Below, piece after piece: positions 1-12,988 of a DNA stretch of 64,000 nt. The stretch comes from Botryllus schlosseri (Eukaryota). Below the pieces are notes generated by a model. That model did not search any database. It was not told the origin of the DNA and worked only from the letters and a program-made list of their open reading frames with translations. The position numbers and the translations under genes are program-made. The number at the start of each line of letters is the position of its first letter. Position 1 is the stretch's first letter. The stretch covers positions 5,830,001 through 5,894,000 of the forward strand of contig CM119372.1 of the NCBI GenBank assembly GCA_051294905.1. The letters run 5' to 3'.

Positions 1-1781
1 TTCATTAAATAGTCAACAAAGTGATGCTTAGTTGTACTTGAACGAATGAACGTAGCGTCCACGCATTCTAGGTGACAAGTATGGATTTGTATTCATGATG
101 TTTCGACATTAATGGTTGCTTTTTACACAACTTCAATATTCTTTTTTCTGGTTCACGAACGGCCGACCTATAACAATAACAAGTCGAACTTTCGGTTCTA
201 AACATTTAAAAGATTTTACTATTTCATACGAGATCTACTCTTTTGCGTTATTTGGGAGATAGATACTTGCAATATCCGCATTATGGGGATGGCAGCTGTA
301 CGCTATAGGGTATGCGCAAAATCTCGTGTCACATTTGTCTTGTAATCAGATGATCCTGCTTGAAGGATCCACCAAAATTGTTACTTGGCCATTCTTTACT
401 CAATATTTGAGACAGCAATCGGTCACCCACTTATGTAGCATGTTATCTAGAAAGAAAATTGGTGGTGGGTGGCACAGATCAACGAAGTTGTGCAGTTTAT
501 AGATTATGACGTACTAACGGAATCAAATGACGTCACTATTTTCAAATTATTATTCTATGATCAATAAACAAAGCAAAATAAATGCAATCGTCACTAATCC
601 TCATTATTTTTCTATGTAATTGCAATCGACTACGGATTTTGCTGTAATCGTAATCGTTATTACTCGTTGCACAGTAATCGTGATTGTAATTAACTGCATT
701 GATATTGTAATCGCCGCCCGTATGATCATGGTTCATCAGTTTAAATTAAACTGGAAGTCGATGTTTTACCTATGTCTTCCCGGTGTTGATATTGACATAT
801 TACAAAAGAAAAGCGCAGAATTATTGAAGTCACCATCATATACTGCACTTTTTCATAATAGTGAATCGTGCCAGTGCGAACTCAGCACTCAACGTCGGGT
901 AACATTACTCGAATATTGTGATCCAACTGTCTTATCTTTTCCTTACCATTGCAGTTCAAACTTGATGTTGGATGTAAAAACTCCGCAATGATAAATATTT
1001 CACATATTGACGAGGGATACACACAAGTAAAAATGCGGAGCCCCATTTCCATGTTAAAGGCTTGAATGAATTTATACGTGATTTACAGCAAATATCCGCA
1101 ACATCACAATTAAAAACCCCAAATTTGTCGGTTGGTGGTTGAAAAACAACTGCGTACCGAAAGAGGCACTCGTTGTTATCTCTTTAAGATGATAAGATGA
1201 TGACCTTCTCTATTGCAAATAGGTGAATCGTTTGGTTACAGGTGATCGACCCAATGGTCACCCATTGAGATGTCATATTTATATGTAAATTTATGGCGAA
1301 GTCTAGTATCTATCACTGAGTGCGGCAAAATTAATTTCGTCAAAATTTAATTCCTGATCGCAAAGTTATCGCCTTTTAAAAAATAACTATTTTGTGCTCA
1401 CCCAACCATAAAATTCAACTACTTTGACATTGCATGCAAGAGTAACAGTTATAAAACAGTGTAGCCAAGTTGCTAATACTGATTTATAGTGCCTAATCAC
1501 AGAATGAAAGAAGCTCTCCATGCTGAATTGAAAATCATGGATCAAAACCAGATTTAGCGCCCAATCTTTTTCAAAGTCAGTGATGCGTAACATTCATTTC
1601 AAATAATTCTAGCAGTAATTTGTCTTACTAAAAATTGAAAAGTATCAAATCAAGTCAAAGCTGACTTCAATACGGACCGCCTACAATATCTTAATTATCA
1701 GTATTAGAGTCCTAGTTGGTCAAAATTACTTTACAAAACCCGTTTAAATTTAGGTATTTTCCAGAAAAATTGGGGGGGGGG

Positions 1782-2378
1782 AATTGAAAAATATCGATGG
1801 TACGAACAAATATTTAGATATTAGAACTTGGCGTGCCATAAAACACGAAGTTCAATAAGACATCGAGCCAAATAAAAATGCTTTTACGTACTAAACTGAA
1901 ATAATGTGATAGTTTGTTTGTTTATTCACACATACACAGTGTCGCTTATCGCCTATACGGCATTTGCGCCACGACATTAATTGTATTAATTTAATTCCTT
2001 TGTCTTTTAATTCTTCGGATGACCTCCATGGTCGCTCTCTTTAATCATCGGTCTCGTTCGTTTATCATGCGCCCATATCTTGCACTTTGCTGCCGACTTT
2101 TTGGCACGGCTCACCTTTACTCTGGGCTTTGGAAATACTGCTGCGGCAGTGAGGTCAGCGATGAGGCGCCCAGAGAAACCATCGACACATAGAAACTTGG
2201 CAGAGCCGAGACTCGAACCGACGACCATTCGTGTCGTGGCGATGATCAATTGAAAAGTATCGATGGTACGAACAAATATTTATATTTTAGAACTTGGAAT
2301 GCCATAAAACACAAGTTCTATAAAACATTGAGCCAAACAAAAATCCTTTGACGTACCAAACTGGAATAATGTGATAGT
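1782..2378. repeat. About 130-bp direct repeat (1782-1912 and 2248-2378)
   Basis: AATTGAAAA.TATCGATGGTACGAACAAATATTTA...ATAATGTGATAGT appears twice. Confidence 0.8.
2000..2247 (-). mobile_element. 5'-truncated tRNA-derived SINE
   Basis: Minus strand B box GGTTCGAGTCT; boundaries approximate. Confidence 0.45.
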
Positions 2379-3848
2379 ATAAGAGTATTATCCTAAAAAA
2401 TGGTATAGTCTTCTGCGATGCAAGGTTGATCTGGATTTCAATTCCCTTGTTGCTTTCATCCTGATCGCCAAAGTGATGAAAAGCTTCCAATCAATAAATT
2501 TTAACATATGTTAATATTCCTGTTAAATTATTTGATTTCATAAGCGTCTTGTTATGGTAGAACCTTCCAAGTTTTGTTTGTAAACGCTGCATGCTGGAAT
2601 ATCGAAGTTTGCATACCGAGCAGGCACAATCGGGAACAGAACTTTCACACCATCCCTGGTAGCAAGAAAGACATTGACATATGTTAGTCAAAACCACGGT
2701 ATATGCACTTGTTTACGATGCATTTCTCTTCAAAATCTAGATGTACATATCAAAAAAATGAACTCGAGAATAAATACACGTTTACATTGCACAGTCGACC
2801 GTGCAGCTCCCCATCGATATAGAGATAAATGAGTATCAGAAGTCATTTACTCAAAATTCAATCCCTCAATGAGGAACAAGAACACACTCAAAATATTTAA
2901 TCTTATTATCAAATAATTCACATATTTGTCATTCGAAGGGTAATTGCTATATGTTGTAGTTCTCAGTGTAGACATTTTACAGGTTATTTTTAATACTTGA
3001 CTTCAAACGTATTCAGATTTATGACTTCTTGAGGAATGAGTACATGATGTTTATGTTATTGTTTCTATTGAAATTAGCGTTTGTGATATTCACGCTGCTG
3101 TCAACACACGTGTCATTTTCCGGAGGTGAGACCCTAATCTTTTTTGTATGGGTGTGTATTACTGTAGCGTGCTGTCAAAATCTATGATATACGGAAAATA
3201 CGCAAATCCGACAGAATCCAATATTTTCCACGAGTATAGTCTACCAATTTATCTCGACCTGATAAATTTCTGCTGATTGCGTCACACTTCATTTGGGCTG
3301 TCACGTAGTACTGCGAAACCTGCCAAATTCCCATTCTGATAACGCCAGGTGCCTGTATTTTTCATAGGGAGTATATCGTTAACACGATCGGACATAAAAT
3401 CCGATAACATCATACCGCGTCTTTTGTAACTGTTCGAGTATAATTTTTGAATTAATATGTTTGAATGTAATGTTAAAACCAAAATAATTTCTGCTTTAGT
3501 GTCATCAAGTGGTGGCTTAATCCCATATAGGAATTTATCAAGCACTCGCTCGAAGTTGACTTATTAAAGCGATATGTGCCCGTCACCCGCTATGCCTGAA
3601 AATATCCTTATGGCTTGCGAAATGGAGTGAATGAAAGACATTGCTAAACTATAGTAAAGTGATTGAATAATTTCGCGCGTCCCTCGTGGGCAAATAAAAA
3701 GAAAACATTTATCAGTGTTTATAGTTTCATGGAGAACTGAAACAGCCCCCACCCACGCGATAGGGAGCCAAGACATAACATGAGATTAGATGTGTATAGA
3801 AAATAGGAGGATATACAATTTGTCATCTAATCGAATGAAATTTCATAG

Positions 3849-4058
3849 CAATTACCTGCGACACACCTCCGAACGTCTCAAACGGGACTATAGGTGATGG
3901 ATGTTACAGTGGAAGTCCACTAAATGCAACATGCACAGTAACCTGTAATAATGGTTACTGTATTAGCGGGGATGAGGAGGTCACGTGTGTCGATAAGCCT
4001 GGATCAGATGATACAAACAGCAAAGGAGAATGGAACTACGGGGACACGACGTGTACAG
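3849..4058 (+). CDS. Sushi/CCP exon A (210 bp, phase 1-1)
   Basis: catag|CAATTACCTGC...TGTACAG|gtaact; ITCDTPPNVSNG...CTVTCNNGY...CVDKPGSDDTNSKGEWNYGDTTCT. Confidence 0.9.
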
Positions 4059-4161
4059 GTAACTGAGTACAATGGGTTGGTTATTTTCATATTGCTATAA
4101 TTAGTACATTGTTCACTATTCGCGGCGTAATGAAATAAAAGTTTTGAAATTGATTTAACAG

Positions 4162-4371
4162 CCATTACCTGCGACACATCTCCGTCTGTTGCGAACGGGA
4201 TTATAGGAGATGGATGTGACAGTGGAAGTTCACTACATGCAGCATGTCCAATAACCTGTAATAATGGTTACTATATTACCGGTGTAGAAGAGGTCACATG
4301 TGTCGATACGCCTGGATCAGATGATACAAACAGGGTAGGCGAATGGGACTACGGCGGCACAACGTGTACAG
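4162..4371 (+). CDS. Sushi/CCP exon B (210 bp)
   Basis: aacag|CCATTACC...ACAG|gtaact; open frame ITCDTSPSVANG...GEWDYGGTTCT. Confidence 0.9.
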
Positions 4372-4411
4372 GTAACTGAGTACAATGGGCTAGTTATTTT
4401 CTTGTTGCTGT

Positions 4412-4861
4412 TGTAGCGTCCTGATACGGCATGCCAAGACCTAACAGGAACTTCGTCGTCGGGACCTCGCCTTTCCGCGGTCGCACGCACCGGTAACACA
4501 AATCCACATTGCTTCATACGCATATATTCACATAACGACATGACCTCGCAAAACATACAAATTGGCACGAAACCCAACCAACTACGTTACACACATAAAC
4601 AATGCAAAAAACCCAGTAGCCTTGTCAACCCTAGACACTTCCTACTGTACTACCCCACTTGAACTATACGGGTACTACTTCAACTTCAAACCACAACATA
4701 GGCTACTCGCTCACAACCAGCACCTCCAGCCACACTCCCAGCCAGACCAAGAACTTTTCTCCTTCTCCCCAGACTACCACGTGCAACCCACATACCGATC
4801 ATTCATTCTAGAAAAAGCTAAACGACAACACAACGTGATCACTGATCACCAGGGCGTTACA
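4412..4861. mobile_element. Solo LTR copy 1 (Gypsy-like, 4-bp TSD CTGT)
   Basis: TGTAGCGTCC...GGGCGTTACA termini with CTGT on both sides; absent from the homologous A-B intron. Confidence 0.8.
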
Positions 4862-4869
4862 CTGTAGTG

Positions 4870-5817
4870 CAGTGGTTCTCAACCGGGGGTCCGCGGACCC
4901 CTGGGGGTCCGTGAAGCATTTTCAGGGGGTCCGCGAAGCCTCTGAATTTGTAAAATGATTGTCAGCCTAATTTTTATTTATTCTTTAATTACAGGAAAAG
5001 CATGAACCAGATTCGCTTCGTAATTGTTAAAACTTTAGAACTCAAATCAGTCAAATGGTCGTCAGAGATGAAATATCCGACTGTGCAATCTCATTTTATT
5101 TGTCAAATTGCCAATAGCATTCTGTTGTAAACATATTGCTGTTTAGAGATGTTTGCTGGGGTTTGTGGAAAAATGAAGTGTTGGAGATAGCAAAATCAAA
5201 CAGGGTGACTTCGCAATGCTTGCAAAACATTTTCAATTTGTTGTTGTCAGTCTCAGCAAATTAGTAAACAGTCGTTTAAAACATAAATTCCTTAATTTTT
5301 TCCTAATCTGTCCCCATGAAGGAATTGAAATCTCGCCACGAAATCCATTTTCTTCTGTGATATAACCACTGAATACCTTCTATATGAGATGCTATAGGAT
5401 ACAGATAGAAATGACCAGGTTGGACGTGATATATCCATTGAAAAATCACACCAAAAGCTGTCATCTGAAGCGTTGCGCGTCAATATTACATTTGCTACCA
5501 ATATATATTTGTGGAAATCGATATTCGGCATTCGTTCATATCAAATCGAAGACGTGGATTTTTAAGACAATAAATACAGCTCGAAAATTACCTTCGAAAT
5601 AATAAAATTCTACCCAGTTTCTACATACAGTGTGCTGAAATTTTCAAGAAAAGTCATTTTGTGGCTGTTTATCACTAGGCTGCAATTAATAATTACACGG
5701 GACAGATGGTGGTTGTACGATAAGTGAGCTAATTTTGAACGAAAACTTGAGGGGGTCCGCGGGGGTTAGTGACGGGCGAAAAGCGGTCCGCGAAGACGAA
5801 AAGGTTGAGAACCACTG
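4870..5817. mobile_element. Non-autonomous hAT element
   Basis: TIR CAGTGGTTCTCAACC; perfect TSD CTGTAGTG; related sequence near 35312-36140. Confidence 0.92.
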
Positions 5818-5880
5818 CTGTAGTGCATTGTTTACTATTCGCGGCGTAATGAAATAACAGTTTTGAAATTAATTTAACAG

Positions 5881-6090
5881 CCATTACCTGCGACACATCT
5901 CCGTCCATTGCGGACGGGATTATAGGAGATGGATGTGACAGTGGAAGTTCACTAGATGCAGCTTGTCCAATAACCTGTAATAATGGTTACTATAGTACCG
6001 GTGTAGAAGAGGTCACATGTGTCGATACGCCTGGATCAAATGATACAAACAGCGTAGGCGAATGGGACTACGGCGGCACAACGTGTACAG
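5881..6090 (+). CDS. Sushi/CCP exon C (210 bp)
   Basis: Intact AG/GT sites, open frame, near copy of exon B. Confidence 0.9.
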
Positions 6091-6130
6091 GTAACTGAGT
6101 GCAATGGGCTGGTTATTTTCTTGTTGCTAT

Positions 6131-6574
6131 TGTAGCGTCCCTGATACGACATGCCAAAACCTAACAGGAACTTCGTCGTGTTCGTGTGCTCGGGACCTCG
6201 CCTTTCCGCGGTCGCACGCACCGGTAACACAAATCCACATTGCTTCATACGCATATATTCACATAACGACATGACCTCGCAAAACATACACATTGGCACA
6301 AAACCCAACCAACTACGTCACACACATAAACAATGCAAAAACCCCAGTAGCCTTGTCAACCCTAGACACTTCCTACTGTACTACCCCACTTGAACTACGG
6401 ATACTACTTCAACTTCAAACCACAACAAACTCGCTCACAACCAGCACCTCCAGCCACACTCCCAGCCAGACCAAGAACTCTTCTCCTTCTCCCCAGACTA
6501 CCACGTGCAACCCACATACCGATCATTCTAGAAAAAGCTCAACGACAAAACAACGTGATCACCAGGGCGTTACA
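6131..6574. mobile_element. Solo LTR copy 2 (4-bp TSD CTAT)
   Basis: Same termini and body as 4412-4861, with CTAT on both sides. Confidence 0.8.
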
Positions 6575-6641
6575 CTATAATTAGTGCATTGTTCACTATT
6601 CGCGGCGTAAAGAAATAACAGTTTTGAAATTAATTCAACAG

Positions 6642-6851
6642 CCATTTCCTGCGACACATCTCCGTCTATTGCGGACGGGACTATAGGAGATGGATGTGAC
6701 AGTGGAAGTTCACTACATGCAGCATGTCCAATAACCTGTAATAATGGTTACTATATTACCGGTGTAGACGAGGTCACATGTGTCGATACGCCTGGATCAG
6801 ATGATACAAACAGGGTAGGCGAATGGGACTACGGCGGCACAACGTGTACAG
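6642..6851 (+). CDS. Sushi/CCP exon D (210 bp)
   Basis: Intact AG/GT sites; 5 substitutions relative to exon B. Confidence 0.9.
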
Positions 6852-6971
6852 GTAACTGAGTATCGTGGGCTGGTTATTTTCATGTTGCTATACTTAGTAT
6901 AGTACTGTTCACTATTCTCGGCGTACTGAAATAATATTTATAAAACCAATTTCACAGCCATTACCTGCGAC

Positions 6972-8743
6972 CAGAGTTGGATCAATAACAATATTTTAAT
7001 TTAATTACAATTACAAATACAATTACTTCCTTGCATGTTTTAATTACATTACAATTACAATTACTCAATGCTAAAAATATCAAATTACAATTACAATTAC
7101 AATTACTGTTAAATATGTAATTAATTACAATTATAATTACATTATAATTACTTTTAAACAGGTAATTGATTCAGTAAAGAGGTGTTCTTTGACAACCGTA
7201 GCGACGTACTAGCAACAATCTCAAGCTATTCATGTTCCATTCCTGATATGTAGAATACCCTATAAATAAAAAAAACTCGAACGTATTCGAACTATTCCTA
7301 ATCATGAGTACTGAAAACTACAAGCATAGAAAAATGTTTCAAGCGACTGTTAGGAACCACAGGTTTGAGCGACTAACAGCGAATGGGCTACAGGACAGTC
7401 AATGAAATGTAATCAAACGATTAGGCTACTCAGAGCTGAGTCATTTTTTTTCTATTTGTCGAATGTTAAATGTGCAATGAGGGATATGATATTCTTTTTT
7501 GCCTGCACCATCGAGATGCTTTGACGACGGAGTTGCGATACGGCCGTGAGGTCATCTAGTCAGGATAATGAAGTGTAATTGGTAAGTCGTCAGCGATAAG
7601 GATGATACCGATAAGTTGCGTAAAATTAAAATAAATGCAAAAGGAAAGAACCTCCTAATAACTAAGAATTACAATATTTTGGTTCGCATTTACATTTTCA
7701 GCTGCTCGGAAACTGTTAGATTGCATTTGATGAACATTAGGGTGCGAAAAGTTTCTGGCTCAGTAGATTTGGTCAAGATTGGAGGTAAGATTGGGATAAC
7801 ATCTCAACAAATGCGTGATCAAGCCTTTGATGAAGCCTTGGTTAGAAACTTGAATTTTTTTTTGCTTTTGTTGCAACAAGCCTCGGTACTGGTCAAAGAT
7901 TTAAAAAAAAACTTTGACCGTGGTGTAGGAAATGGTTCAGCACAGGTTTCAGAAGAGTTTATTTGTTGTTCATCTATGTTTGAAATATAAAGATTTAGTT
8001 TAGCCCACTGGTTCTCTAACTTTTTTAGACACGCCCCCCTTCGTGTCAGTGAATATTTCGTGACTCCTTATCATCATAGCACACAATGAAACCAGAAAGT
8101 TAGCAATCCTTACATATAGTTTGATGGTATGGAAGGTTATGACTGTTGATGAGAGAATTCTCCAATACGAAATTCAGACTATACACCGAGCAATAACCAT
8201 AAAACGGAGGTGAATCGGGCCAAGCGCGGAAAAGATTTCAGTTCACTGGACCGTCGCGCCCCGTTCAGATGCTTTCACGCCGCCCAGTGGGGCACGCCCC
8301 CAGTTTGAGAACCACTGGTGTAGCCTATATTGTAATTCACAAAGTTTTCTCTGTTGCTACTGAAGTATGGGAAACAGTTTAGCGTGACTGAATTATCTAT
8401 AGTTATAACGCAGCACGCATAGAACACCGATGTAAATAGGCTAATTATTACATGTGGTGACTGTTTACTAAGGCCTTAAGGCCCCTCGTCGTCATCCTGG
8501 TTCGTACCGGATTTTCACTGGTGCGACGAATAAATGATTGATTAAATGAATATTTATGTTGTGATTGTCAGGTTTCCATGAAAATGTAATTGAGATTGTA
8601 ATTGAGCAAAATTTTGATCAAATTACAATTACAATTACAATTACACAAAATAGAAATGCTTCAATTACAATTACAATTATAATTACATGAAAAAATGTAA
8701 TTTACATTCAGCTCAATTACAAATTACAATTGATCCAACTCTG
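6972..8743. mobile_element. Non-autonomous hAT-like element inside exon E, with ATTACA subterminal repeats
   Basis: 15-bp TIR CAGAGTTGGATCAAT; perfect TSD CCTGCGAC. Confidence 0.93.
8006..8317. mobile_element. Nested hAT MITE
   Basis: CACTGGTTCTC / GAGAACCACTG; TSD GTTTAGCC/GTGTAGCC. Confidence 0.75.
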
Positions 8744-10214
8744 CCTGCGACATATCTCCGTTCGTTTCGAACGGGATTATAGGAGATGGGTGTGACAGTG
8801 GAAGTTCACTAGATACGGCTTGTCCAATAACGTGTAATGCTGGTTACTATATTAGCGGGGATGAGAAGGTCACATGCGTCGATAAGCCTGGATCAGATGA
8901 TACTAACAATGAAGGTGAATGGGTCTACGGTGGCACAAATTGTACAGGTATTAATTATAAACAAGCGGATGGTTCCTTTCATGTCCACATACGCTGCCCA
9001 CTATACTATGAGTTCCGAAAAAATATTACGATTGAGATATACTGCCCTCCCGATACGCTTTCACCTGCCTGACAGTTACTGTTCTCGCGGGAACTACTAT
9101 ATTCATATTGGTCTTGCATAGACCGTTAAGGCGCAGGCATATATTCTGTTGCAAGTCCCCGTCAAAATTGTTGGCAAGGCGATGGAATATATGGATTTTA
9201 TGGAATTTATTCGATTTCTTTGATTGTTGATACATTTGGTGACGTTTAAATAGTCGGCGTGTACTTCATCAGCATTGTGGCATAATGAGGCTTGAGTCGT
9301 CGCTAACTATGGTGCAGATTAATATATCACTTCACTGAAATGTAGGGTTGTAATTTGCAATTGACGTCACGTGACGTCATCGGTTCATGTTTGCGTTAAC
9401 AAAGGACATTTAAAAAAGGTTCGCGTTCACACGTACCTGAACATTTACGAGGTTCGATACTCAATAGATTTGGCAGTAGTCGACAGCTCGATGCGGTGGC
9501 TGTTGATCACCGGCATTCTACGGGTGTAAAAAGGTATGTTTTCAGGCATTTCCGGAACCGGATGCCAAAGCTAACAACTCTAAAATTTTCAATATGGCAA
9601 ATATAGGACTTCATGAAAATATGGATTTTATGAAAGTTTTGATAAAACTGTCCATGAGAATTCAGAATATATTGTATGACGCGAAAAAACAAGCTTGCAT
9701 AGCAAAATTCCTACATTAGGAATTTACGATAAAACCTCCGGGGGTACTAGGACCATCTTTCAAGGGGTTCACGAAAGGCGAATGAAAACGCGAAAACATC
9801 GAGTAATTGAATCTGGATTTAGGGCCAATCTGCGGATTGATCAACTCAGCGATTAGATAATATACGATATCCAACGATAGATAGATACTCCTGGCCAGCA
9901 AAAGTAGAGTGTCCTTGGGTATTAACATATTTTGGAATCCGTGCAATGACTGGGCGTTTTTCTGTGGCCACCGCTCGTCCATTTTTGTTACATCATGTAG
10001 ACGCCACGCGAGATCCAGGTGCATTTAGTTCAATGCTAATATATATACCAAATTCATTTCACTTTTAATTTGCCATTAAAAATTTCTGCATGGTTCAATC
10101 ACTGATAGAGTGTGTCACGCTGTCCGATAGGGACACAGTTTAATCAATAAACATGAACAATTAACATACTCGGTGTAAAAGGCCTAGTCACCCAGATACA
10201 AATACCATATATAC

Positions 10215-11763
10215 CAGTGGTTCCCAAACTTTTTCGGTGTGAGGGCCAAATTTAGAATTTCAGAGTACGGTCGGGGCCGCGCGCATACTACGGCTTCGAA
10301 ACGGACCCAAACAGTCATCATGGCGATTTCGGAATAGTTTTATTGCCCTGGCGAGATTTCAAAACTGTACACTGCTATGTTTACCGCTACTTATCTGCTA
10401 CATTGGGTGTCCGTTGAGTGAATCAGCTTTTCTCGCCTAAACGCTCGAAGCGCGAGAAATTTATTTGGTTTCATGACTGAATTGGTCAATATGGTCGAGA
10501 ATTGCATGTATTGCTATCAATTTTCACCCTGTCTCTGTTCACGTCATCTTATTTACCGGTAGGGCTGAGTGAGGTGTGTTTGAAAAGGTATAGGCCCCCT
10601 CAATAGTAATTAAACATCTCCGGGGGTATACTCGTTGGCAGGAACGTAACGGTACTTATTCGTCAGGATCCCGGGCTCCAATAGGGTGATAAACTGACCC
10701 CGCATCACGTTGTTCGCTTTTACCACGAAATTAAAATTGTACTGTTTAGTGAGACAGCGCGACGCGCGAATATTTCGATAATTCATGATAAAATCGGTGA
10801 ATAAGATCGGGAATTGCATGGTTGTCCTCTTTGCCCACGTAATCAGATTTACCGTTAGAGCTGAGTGAAAGGTGTCTTTGAAACTGCGGACCCCCTAAAA
10901 TTAAACATCTTCGGGCGGGTGGATCCCTAGGTATGACTTCTTTACATGATGTTATTTCGTCACCTCCTGTCTGCTATATCAAAAACTGAAACATAACACG
11001 ATTTCAGATTGGTATTTCTTCACTGGCATATAATTTCATATCTGCGGGATGGTATTTGTTTTGTGAGGTTCAGATTGCCAAGACAAGAACATTCGGTGCC
11101 AGTCATTTAGGCGCCTATATGGACAATTAAACTTATGTGTATTTTGTATATATAACGAAGTTTTTGGTATTTCGAAGTTTTTGGTCAGCATAAAAGCAGT
11201 CCTTTACGGCCAAGGCGTTCTCGCTGCCGATCGTTCTGACACCTCTTGGAGTCACATGTTAGCCTACATGACCTAAAACTTTTTATGTCTTGGTGCGCTG
11301 TGGTGCGTTCATGGTACACGCTGATATGCCCATTACTATAAATCTTGCGTATATTTTCTTGGGGAACAGTACCCAATAATCAAGATACGAGGCGAATTGA
11401 AATCGCACACAGTGCGAAAAATTTTTGAAAAAGTTGCATAAATTTTAAAAAAATACTCTATAATTTATGCTAATTCACGAAATAATTTTGGCCCCCCTTC
11501 GAGCTCAGCCCCCCTCAATTGGGTGCGGCAGTTACGGCCCTGACTATAGGACTACCAATTATGCTGCTTTTAGCCGGCTAAGCAGTATGCATCTCGGCGT
11601 ATTCAACCGTGAGCCACGTGTTGCACATCTAGTTATCACAGGGTTACCATACGTCCTTTTTTAGGATGATTTGTCCTCTTTTATTTTTTGTCATAAATCG
11701 ATTTCTTAATATATTTTTGGGGCCGCAAGAAGGCTATCTGGGGGCCGCACTTGGGAATCACTG
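10215..11763. mobile_element. Non-autonomous hAT element with a nested partial inverted copy of the 46360-47646 family
   Basis: CAGTGGTTCCCAA / TTGGGAATCACTG; perfect TSD ATATATAC. Confidence 0.85.
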
Positions 11764-11887
11764 ATATATACCATTTATTCAGTCCTTTATTATAGATTTT
11801 CTTTGTTGTCATAAGTGGTATTGTATTGTGATCTGTGTGAATACCGGTAAATTTGCACGCATAGCGAATCGACTATTAAGATAAGAT

Positions 11888-12988
11888 TAGGGTTACCATA
11901 TTTCAGCAACCCAAATTCCGGACACTCTTTAGCGCCCACTAGTGGATTTCAAAATGGGTTATGACGTCACACTAGCAAAGCTTCGCTCATAGACCAGAGG
12001 TGGTCACGATCCGGTTCAGGAGTATGTGGCTGTGTGTTGTGTAACCGGGACCGATGCGACATGTTTTCAACTCCTCCACGCCCAAATAAACAATGATTTT
12101 GAGCCCACACTATAGGGTAATCGACGCAACTTCTGGGGGGGGGGGGCGTGCTATATGAATCTGGTTTCTATATGCATCTGTTCGTTCAATTATTTGAATG
12201 AATTCTGTCAATAATATTGGTCGTTCTACTCTCCGCCCACATGATCAGAGTTAGCGGTAGAGCTGGTGGAGGATGATGACTTCGAAAATACAGGGAGCGT
12301 AATTGCACATCGTTGAGTCATGTTCATGTCCTACCGATAAGATTGTTCATCAGCCTTATGCCGGTGCGCACCACGGAGCTTTATAAACACCTCAAATCCA
12401 GTGGTTTCCAACCTTTTATGGGCGCGACTCCATCTCCAATTTGAAAATGTTCCGTGACCCAGATCAAAATTTGACGAGCTGATTACTAAGAGTCAGCACC
12501 TTTGCCCAGACTTACTCACGGGCTATTTTGGAAGCTGATTACGTTCAACATATTCGCAAACCCCAGAATAAAGGCAAACGACCCCCCCTCCACCCCCCGT
12601 TTGGAACCACTATCTTTGAATAAAGCATTTAAACGGCCTTAACAATTTCTAGGAATATACCGTTCTCCTATAATTGTGGTTGCAATTAGGCTTATTCCAG
12701 TAAATGAAGGTTGTTTTATTTATATTTTTTGGCAGGATTTGCGAGAGTGGTAGTCTCCATATTAAAATCAATAAACGTGATAGTAAATCGCGCGCAGCGC
12801 GAAGAAAAATATCATGCATCAGCATAAATATTCCAAAAAATATTGTTTTTATGCTGATTTACGAAAAAATTATGAGCCTACGTCAAAATTCCGGACAATT
12901 GGCATATTTTAGAAATTCCTCCCGGACGCTAGTTTAAACAGTGAAATCTCGGACATGTCCGGGAAATTCCGGACGTATGGCAACCCTA
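11888..12988. mobile_element. TAGGGTT(A/G)CCATA-family element
   Basis: TIRs present; TSD GATAAGAT/GATTAGAT; inverted homolog at 27841-28680. Confidence 0.85.

Larger units (their letters stand above)
6958..8947 (+). pseudogene. Sushi exon E split by a transposon (6958-6971 + 8752-8947 = 210 bp)
   Basis: Acceptor at 6957 and donor at 8948 are intact. Removing the element plus one CCTGCGAC duplication restores an open 210-bp exon. Confidence 0.9.

Noticed and set aside
1..3848. Start or signal-peptide exon of the receptor, and the short ORFs in this region
   Set aside because: No convincing exon or domain was found; ORFs 542 and 620 derive from degenerate TAATCG repeats.
4317..6584. Duplicated ORFs (MGFVPICMF..., MARNPTNY...) as small genes
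   Set aside because: They are antisense exon or solo-LTR sequence; the frames diverge by indels between copies.
4162..6851. Positive selection on exons B-D
   Set aside because: 5:0 and 6:2 nonsynonymous:synonymous counts are compatible with neutrality.
8702..8947. Rescue of split exon E via the AG at 8710-8711 in the TE end
   Set aside because: It would give a 236-bp exon that is out of frame with the Sushi sequence.
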